A stretch of 64,000 nt of DNA from Bugula neritina. Lineage: Eukaryota > Animalia > Bryozoa. Under the pieces are notes generated by a model that did no database searches, was not told the origin of the DNA, and saw only the letters and a list, made by a program, of their open reading frames with translations. The stretch lies in contig OZ037767.1 in the NCBI GenBank assembly GCA_964035545.1, forward strand, positions 29,962,628-30,026,627, written 5' to 3'. Below are positions 56,652 to 64,000 of this stretch, in pieces; position 1 is the stretch's first letter; every line of letters starts with the position of its first letter. A program made the translations under genes and the position numbers.

Positions 56652-57209
56652 TTACTTTCCAAAGTTGCCATAACCTGAGTCGCTGTATCCGTAACTATCT
56701 GGTCTCACGTAACTGGTTTGGTCATAGTGTTCTAGAAGGATAATAATAACATGTGCTGAACTACCAATAAAATATAATTTGTATTTACTGACAACACAGA
56801 AAGTCTTCAATCACATACATTGCTATATTCATTTGTACAGTTCTTAATTCTAAATTTCTTATTAGGTGAATATTATATAATACACACTCATTTGTTGTAC
56901 ACACTTTGATGGTACAGGCTTAGTAATCTTTATGTAATAACTGTAAATAGCTACTAGTATATAGTAACTAGCCATTAGTATATAATAATATGGTAAATAA
57001 TCACTAGTATATTATAGTAACTAACATACTAGTATATAGTAACTAGCTACTAGTATATGGCAAGTTTATTAATGACCCACGTTTGACAAAGTTTTGAACA
57101 TAGGTTTCTTGGTTTGAGGGAAGTTGGTAAGAGAGATCTCCCAGGTATACCTCCCTGTTGCTAAAGCTATCAGCATTGTCACAAAAAGGAATACAAAAGT
57201 CAACTTCAT
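56652..57209 (-). CDS. Small secreted peptide precursor B (about 70 aa, Tyr/Gly/Ser-rich tail, ends GYGNFGK*); exons 57209-57081 (or 57077) and 56731-56652; possible 1-nt frameshift
   Basis: Signal peptide MKLTFVFLFVTMLIALATG. The terminal exon reads HYDQTSYVRPDSYGYSDSGYGNFGK* in phase 1. An upstream UTR exon donor lies at 57551/57550. The best donor (GTGGGT at 57080) is in phase 0 as assembled, so the junction is uncertain. Confidence 0.62.
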
Positions 57210-57798
57210 TTTATTCTTAAGTAAAGAGTATTGAAATTTGAGTCAGTTAGCATTCAATGGCTGTCATCGTATTGCTATAGTCTGTATGAATGATTTACTA
57301 TAATGGGAATTATTAAATTTTTTTAAAAGCTTTGTATGTATGCTATTATACAGCTTTTACGTAATATAAATTGTGAACACCAAAAGACACCCTGAACGCA
57401 ATATGGCAGCTGGAGTATAGCACTAGACTGTGTTCACAATATATCAGGGAGGAAACTTTCAGTAGATGTGAGAAAAAATATTCTATGTGAATGGCAAGCT
57501 GTGAAAACGTTTTCTATCTTCTTTTCGTCTTTAAGCATCTTTTAACTTACCGCAATGAATAGAATTACAGCTTTTGTATCTTGGAGTTGCTGCCACTTTA
57601 GACATTCAAGAGATCTCAGTCTAAGAAAATAATTTTATGCTACAAGGATTTGTCATCATATTTGGCTTCACTGATAAAAATCACAAAAAGGTTTTATAAC
57701 AAGTATAGTTTTTCTGATTTATATTTTACATCAATATGAATCACACAGATCTTTCAATAAATCTGTCGACCTGTAGACTTCACATTATAACAATGTTT

Positions 57799-58514
57799 TT
57801 ATCCAAAGACACTGGAGAAGCTTCCTCTGCTGCTTCCACTTGACTTCTGATAGGTTTCTACAAAATACAAAGTAGCTGAAGTTTATTACTGACTCAAGTT
57901 TATTCTTTTATTCTATTACAGTTAAATAGCAACACAGCTCAAGCTTGGATTAAGGACTACAGATACAACCTCATTTTCATTTTCTCTTAAGTTCTTTAAA
58001 ATGTAAAGCAAAAGACATACAGCGCCAGCAGTTTTGTATCAAAAAAGTCAAAACTATAGCTCATACAGCTACTTTATAAGCTGTTTTATAATGTATTAAT
58101 TGTAATTATAATTGTAATAATATACTAATGTATTAATATGTATGTATATACATAAAAATACATATAAATGCAATAATATTATGCTAATGCAACAATGTTA
58201 TATAATAATATTATGGACAATGCATTAATATTATACAAATGCGAGAATATATTAAGAATAATAAAATAATATTATTGTAATCATACTCATTATAGTTATA
58301 CTTTTACTGTGTAATAATTGTTTCCATGTTTAATCCTTTTAATTGCACCATATAATATAATTTTATTGAATATATATAGTAAATGTAATAACATACTTTT
58401 GACAAGAGTAGAAGGGTTAATGGGTTTTCCCCAAAGACTCAGTTGACCTGCAGGTGCTGCTAATACCATGGTAATCAACGCTGCCACAAACGCCAAAAGT
58501 ACAGTGAACTTCAT
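57799..58514 (-). CDS. Small secreted peptide precursor A (58 aa, ends SSVFG*); exons 58514-58397 and 57857-57799
   Basis: MKFTVLLAFVAALITMVLA/APAGQLSLWGKPINPSTLVKKTYQKSSGSSRGSFSSVFG*. Clear signal peptide, donor A/GTATGT, acceptor TTTTGTAG, phase 1 consistent. Confidence 0.75.
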
Positions 58515-59151
58515 GCTGTCGGAATTGAATGTGCTCACTGACAAGAGGTCTATGAAATGCAGCCGATTGTTGAGTTACCTTGGGAGAAGAGATACTGGGA
58601 GAGTTCAGATGTTTGGTGTTGCATAATGCTTACTCAGCAAATAAACTGCTGATAAGACAGAGAGCACATTCTAAGGTTCACATCACATACATATATTTTT
58701 GTAATATTCTAGAGAAGGACAATATTCTGTGCATAGTCTAAGTTCTAGCAGATATTTCAGCCTGAGAATTTGGATATAATTTAAACATTCTAGTTTTATT
58801 TCAAATTAATGTTCATAAACCTTGCCATCAGTAGCAAACAACTTCCAAAAAATTTAATTTTTGAAAACTCTATGGAAATTATTTTCTTTAAAGGATATAT
58901 TACCTGCGTTCCAATACAGAAAAAGATATTAAGTCTATAATGAAATCATTGGGAATGAAGCATGCAGAGTTTTCATACTACCATTTTGTTGTAAAGCAAC
59001 AATATATATTTTATACAAAAACTTCATGTCAATAAAATGTATCGATAAAAAATTAACTGTTAAAAGCTGATCTCACTAGCCTAATTAATATACATTCTTA
59101 TGCAGCTTCCTAAAAATGACAATATAAATTGTTATAAATTGTTATAAATAA

Positions 59152-59154
<3 letters not shown>

Positions 59155-59245
<91 letters not shown>
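59155..59245. repeat. (TA)n microsatellite
   Basis: Read directly. Confidence 0.97.
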
Positions 59246-59247
<2 letters not shown>

Positions 59248-61216
59248 TTATTTATATTTTTAAATCTATTGAGATAGTTTTACGTGTTTTATCTGAAGTA
59301 TCTTATTTAAAGAAGAAACACAATAGAAACAAATAACTCGTGCAGAAGAATTTACTTTAAAGACCTGATTATTATGGCAGTGTTATTTTCAGTTTCAATT
59401 TGTTATGTTACTGTTTCATACATGTTGTGTTCTATTAAACAATATAAACAATTGCACATACATTCTGTAGATGGATAGTTAAATATATTATAGTCACAGA
59501 CTTCTAACAACTAGTTACTAGAGTAACGCAAAAAGATATAGAGAGAGGTTTTTGGGCACCTCAAACATTAATTATCTGAATAATTACTACATTTGTGTGC
59601 TAATAAGGTAAATTCTTGCGGCTTTTGCAGCTGTTGTTAACTCCACTCAGTGCTATAATACACCATGCTACTGGAAATTTAGTGCATTGTTCAGTGCAAT
59701 GATATCAGCTTGCGGTTATGAAACATAAAACCAGCTTTTCAAATAACTACTGCATTTATTATACTAGATTACTGTGTGGCAGATAATAGAGGCCTTTTGA
59801 TATCAGCTGCAAAGTATAATAAATTATTCAGTTCCTTTTGTTTGGTAATTATATAACAAGAGGTGAGCTCTGTATTGTTCAATCAACTTGTCTCCAATCA
59901 AAACTATTGATTTGCATCTAGTGGCTGCAATTGACTAAGTTGAACAAGTCGCGTGTTTGAACGATCCTCTTCTCACTACACACAGAGACTGCTATCACTA
60001 CACACAGGTTGCTATCACTATAACACATGATATACTATAAAATGGATTCTACCAACAAGATATGACAGACATCTGACAGTAAAGGTAGTCTAATGCTTAC
60101 TTTCTCTATAGAGGTGAAAGAGCACTTACCACTAATAAGTTGATATAGGTTAGCTTTGCTCAAGTCAATTGGCAACTCAACACATTGATGTCTTGAGAAA
60201 ATGGCTGTAGAGAGGCTTTTAAAAAATATCTGGTGCTCTGAAACTTTATATCGCAATTTATTTAAAATGCACCTCACACTGATGGTTAGAGTCTCAGGCT
60301 GTACTTGAGACAGCTACTTATATCTCCTTAACAGCACTATATTATAATGCTTAGCTTCTACAAATTCAATATGGTATAGCTTTGCTTTAAAAATAAATTG
60401 CAAATAAATAATAGGTAATATTTGAAAAAGTTCATTGTTATTTTGCTGTTTATTTAGTAACTTTAAGAATAGACTAAGTCTCATTGCATTTCGAGCCTCG
60501 TGTATCTAAGAGTCTAGTCTATAAGAAGAGGCAAAGCTTAGAGTTATACTCTCTTGGTAAAGCACTAGACTCTAGAGAAACAGGTTATACAAAAACAAAT
60601 AGTAATACTGAGTGGAAGGTGTGTTACATAAATATTTTGTGAAAAGGCCAGTTCCCAGGTAGCTGATCTATCTTCTGCAGTAATAAATGCAGTAAAATGG
60701 AGTTTTTTGGAACTCCTGTACAGCAAGCTAATTTTTTTCAGAAGCACATATGAATTTTTAGGAATGTTCATAGTTTTGCTAGAATAGGCTTGTTCAGGTG
60801 TAACAATATACAGTATGGTCATAGAATTGAGTTAAAGCAAGTCAATATAAAGTGTTCCAGTTGTTTTTAAAATAGAGTGAAATGGAATGACAGAATGTCT
60901 AAATTAAAAACTCCTAAGGATGACTTTATCTTTTTCTTAAAAAATCTTATAGCCATCGATATTATATTTACATTATATAACAGGTTTGCAGCCCAGTGAT
61001 GATTGGCACCTAGAAAATCCATCAACTGATTGCCTAAGTTGGTGAGATACCCTAACTGTCTGTTGCTATGACAACCCCTTACCATAGTTTCACATTCTAC
61101 ACTTAGTTTCATTTACACATCTAACTCAGTGATAAAATGTCGCTGGCAACCCATAGTACTTTGCTTTCTAGAACTTCTCAGTATATGATAGTATAGACAG
61201 CAGTTCATAGCAAACT

Positions 61217-63728
61217 ATGACCTTGACACCTCTGGACTCTTCCGAGCCGCCCCCATCCTACGAACAGGCTGTGAGATTGTTTACTATTTCGGGTTCAGCT
61301 GTGCGTCCTTCACCTCACAGTAAGTTCTAATGCTATACCTACTATAGGGGTTATCTCTTTAGTACCAACTTACTTTTGATTTTGTATGCGACATACATTG
61401 TAAGTGTACATAGTGTTATTTTCTAACATATTGAGAACAAGTGAACAGTCATACTGCCATTCCTGTATCTCATTTGCTAATTTGTGAGTTATAAGGAATG
61501 TCTGAGTCCGCCCACAATTCTTGTTGCCATTTAGTCATCGGCTTCCTGTTTCTTGCGGACAGAACGTAACATGTCAGCTGCTCACAATTGAAAACCATCG
61601 ACGGTTTCAATGATTAATAAAACTTGTTCTAGTCTCACTTTGCAATGATGCTTGAATGGATTACTACAATTTTAAAAATTAACGCCAAATTTCACTCATT
61701 GTATGTTTTCTTACCACATGTCTGTGCAGATTCAGCTTAACAGTATACTTACTGTTCATTCCCTAAGTCATTATGTCTTTACTTTCTTATCTTCAACAAT
61801 TAATAACCCATGTCTAGAAATAATGGTAATTTGACATTTGCAGGAAATTATTGTGATTGAAATTTTAGGACATATTCAAATCACCAGATACTAATGATTA
61901 ATGTTTCTAGTTTCGCATATATAACAAAACTTGATGCAAACAAAAGCTGCTTCACACAATTAGTACTTTCACATAGATGCATCTAAACTTCCACTATACG
62001 AGGAGCTGTATGGAACGGTCCCACACTCAACCAATGAGACTCGGGCTACCAGATCTAGACCTCAGACTACTACAAGCCCTCCACATCTTGTTGGCCTGGC
62101 AACCATTGAGACTTCGTTCCAGCAAGTTGATTCGGCCAATGAGCTGGTAGCATGTCACAGTAGCCCCTCCTCCACAAGCAGCTTCAGATGTTGTCTTCTA
62201 TCCAAGTGCTGCCAACAGAACCCCATATCGCTGCCAACCACTAATCAAGAAAACAATAAAAGTAAACAATAATACCAGTCTATATAGCATTGGCTTGGCA
62301 CATGAACTCTGATTAGAATGTTTGTGATGTATACTGGTATGGCCGTATTTTTCTGCTGGTTTTCAATTCTATCCTTGTTACAGCAAATACTTACTATAGG
62401 CAGTAAAGATATTGTATTATTATGTACTATAATATTATGTTGCTTTATATTAGAGTATGTTGAATTGTGTTGTAATATATTATATTATGTCTTATTGTAT
62501 TAATTATATCATAATATGATACTTTGTATTATACTATATTACATTGTATTGTGTTACACTAAATTATAATATATTAATTACATCATACTGCATTGTACCA
62601 CATCTCGAGTTATATATTATTTTTTATTGTGCTATTATTAATATTGTACAGTAAGTGGCTAAACAGTATTAATTACTTTTAGGTTGCATCTCAATACTCC
62701 TCATGATTCTAGCTGTCGCCGCAGCTCTATCTGTGTGTGTTTCAATGATCTATATAGGTGAGTTACTATATAGGTGAGTTACTATATAGGTGAGTTACTA
62801 TATAGGTGAGTTACTATATAGGTGAGTTACTATATATGTAAGTTACTCTGTAGGTAAGTTACTATATAGGTAAGTTACTATATAGGTAAGTTACTATATA
62901 GGTGAGTTACTATATAGGTAAGTTACTCTGTAGGTAAGTTACTCTGTAGGTAAGTTACTCTGTAGGTAAGTTACTATATAGGTGAGTTACTATATAGGTA
63001 AGTTACTCTGTAGGTAAGTTACTATATAGGTAAGTTACTATATAGGTGAGTTACTATATAGGTAAGTTACTCTGTAGGCAAGTTACTATATAGGTGAGTT
63101 ACTATATAGGTAAGTTACTCTGTAGGTAAGTTACTATATAGGTAAGTTACTATATAGGTGAGTTACTATATAGGTAAGTTACTCTGTAGGTAAGTTACTA
63201 TATAGGTAAGTTGCTCTGTAGGTAAGTTACTATATAAGTAAGCCTCAGGTAAAATGCTATGTCAAAATAAACTAGTATTAAATCGGTTGCTTATCGGCTT
63301 ACTGTATTACATCGCTTTGGGCTTGAAGTTTATTTCTTTTAAAGAGTTTTACAAGATAGAAACTTAAAATTTATATATATCTTCCAACTTGTGTATATGT
63401 ATAGTATTATAATTATCAAATAATGATTATACATTTATTATTATGACTGTGAATAAAAGAACACAATATTATTTAATACATTACACTAATAATGTAATAC
63501 ATTATAGTAAATATATTATTTCAGGTACGAGCACCCAAGACATTCTTTGCAGAGGCTCTCACTTTATTCAGAATGCAATGAAAATGTCGGGTGTGGCCGG
63601 AATCCCAACTCTCATAATGATATTTTTTCTCATGGCATGTTCAAAAAAAGGACGGGAAAAGATAGTCGCTAAACTAAAAGTGTTTGCGACCTTCTTACTG
63701 TTTACTTGTGCAATCTTTTATTGGGCAG
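61217..63728 (+). CDS. TMEM272-like multi-pass membrane protein with N-terminal PY motifs, 3'-incomplete; exons 61217-61319, 61977-62261, 62683-62757, 63525-63728
   Basis: MTLTPLDSSEPPPSYEQAV...KLPLYEELY...CISILLMILAVAAALSVCVSMIYIG TSTQDILCRGSHFIQNAMKMSGVAGIPTLIMIFF...FATFLLFTCAIFYWAG. The TM-MIYIG...C...G..G-TM...TM-AG pattern recalls TMEM272. The exon 2 donor is uncertain, and the gene runs off the window. Confidence 0.6.
62750..63243 (+). repeat. 16-bp minisatellite (ctatatAG/GTRAGTta), about 30 copies, each a consensus 5' splice site; first copy is the real donor
   Basis: Read directly; the exon ends at 62757 inside the first unit. Confidence 0.97.
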
Positions 63729-63752
63729 GTAATTTCAGTCTATAATTCGTAC

Positions 63753-63861
<109 letters not shown>

Positions 63862-64000
63862 TAATTGTCTAAATCATGCAGATGATTTTATATGTTAGCA
63901 TGTATAACACATGACACATTAGCAAACAATGACTTACACTATAATAAATATGTAATTATTATAACAGGCCATTCTTTTCACTGTAAGAGGTGTAAGTTGG

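Overview
AT-rich genomic DNA from an intron-rich invertebrate animal. The protein families fit a lophotrochozoan, but the species cannot be fixed from sequence alone. Manual exon joining gives eight genes: RER1 (+, 609-4071); an unnamed 203-aa secreted protein with a furin site (+, 16983-22420); URB1/Npa1 (-, 46513-27819); a divergent GLIS-type 5-finger C2H2 factor head-to-head with URB1 (+, 48871-52970, with two GC-AG introns); a sarcoplasmic calcium-binding EF-hand protein (+, 53803-55729); two tandem small secreted-peptide genes ending in Phe-Gly/Phe-Gly-Lys amidation signals (-, 56652-58514); and a partial TMEM272-like membrane protein (+, from 61217). Most long ORFs in the supplied track are artefacts of tandem repeats. 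The most striking pattern is a set of unrelated 16-47 bp minisatellites packed into introns, several with units made of the splice junction itself, giving up to about 30 tandem copies of a donor site. There is also a 2.57-kb CAC...GTG TIR element nested in an L2/CR1-type LINE fragment and a 423-bp near-perfect palindrome in a URB1 intron. No prokaryotic features (CRISPR, operons, rRNA) are present.
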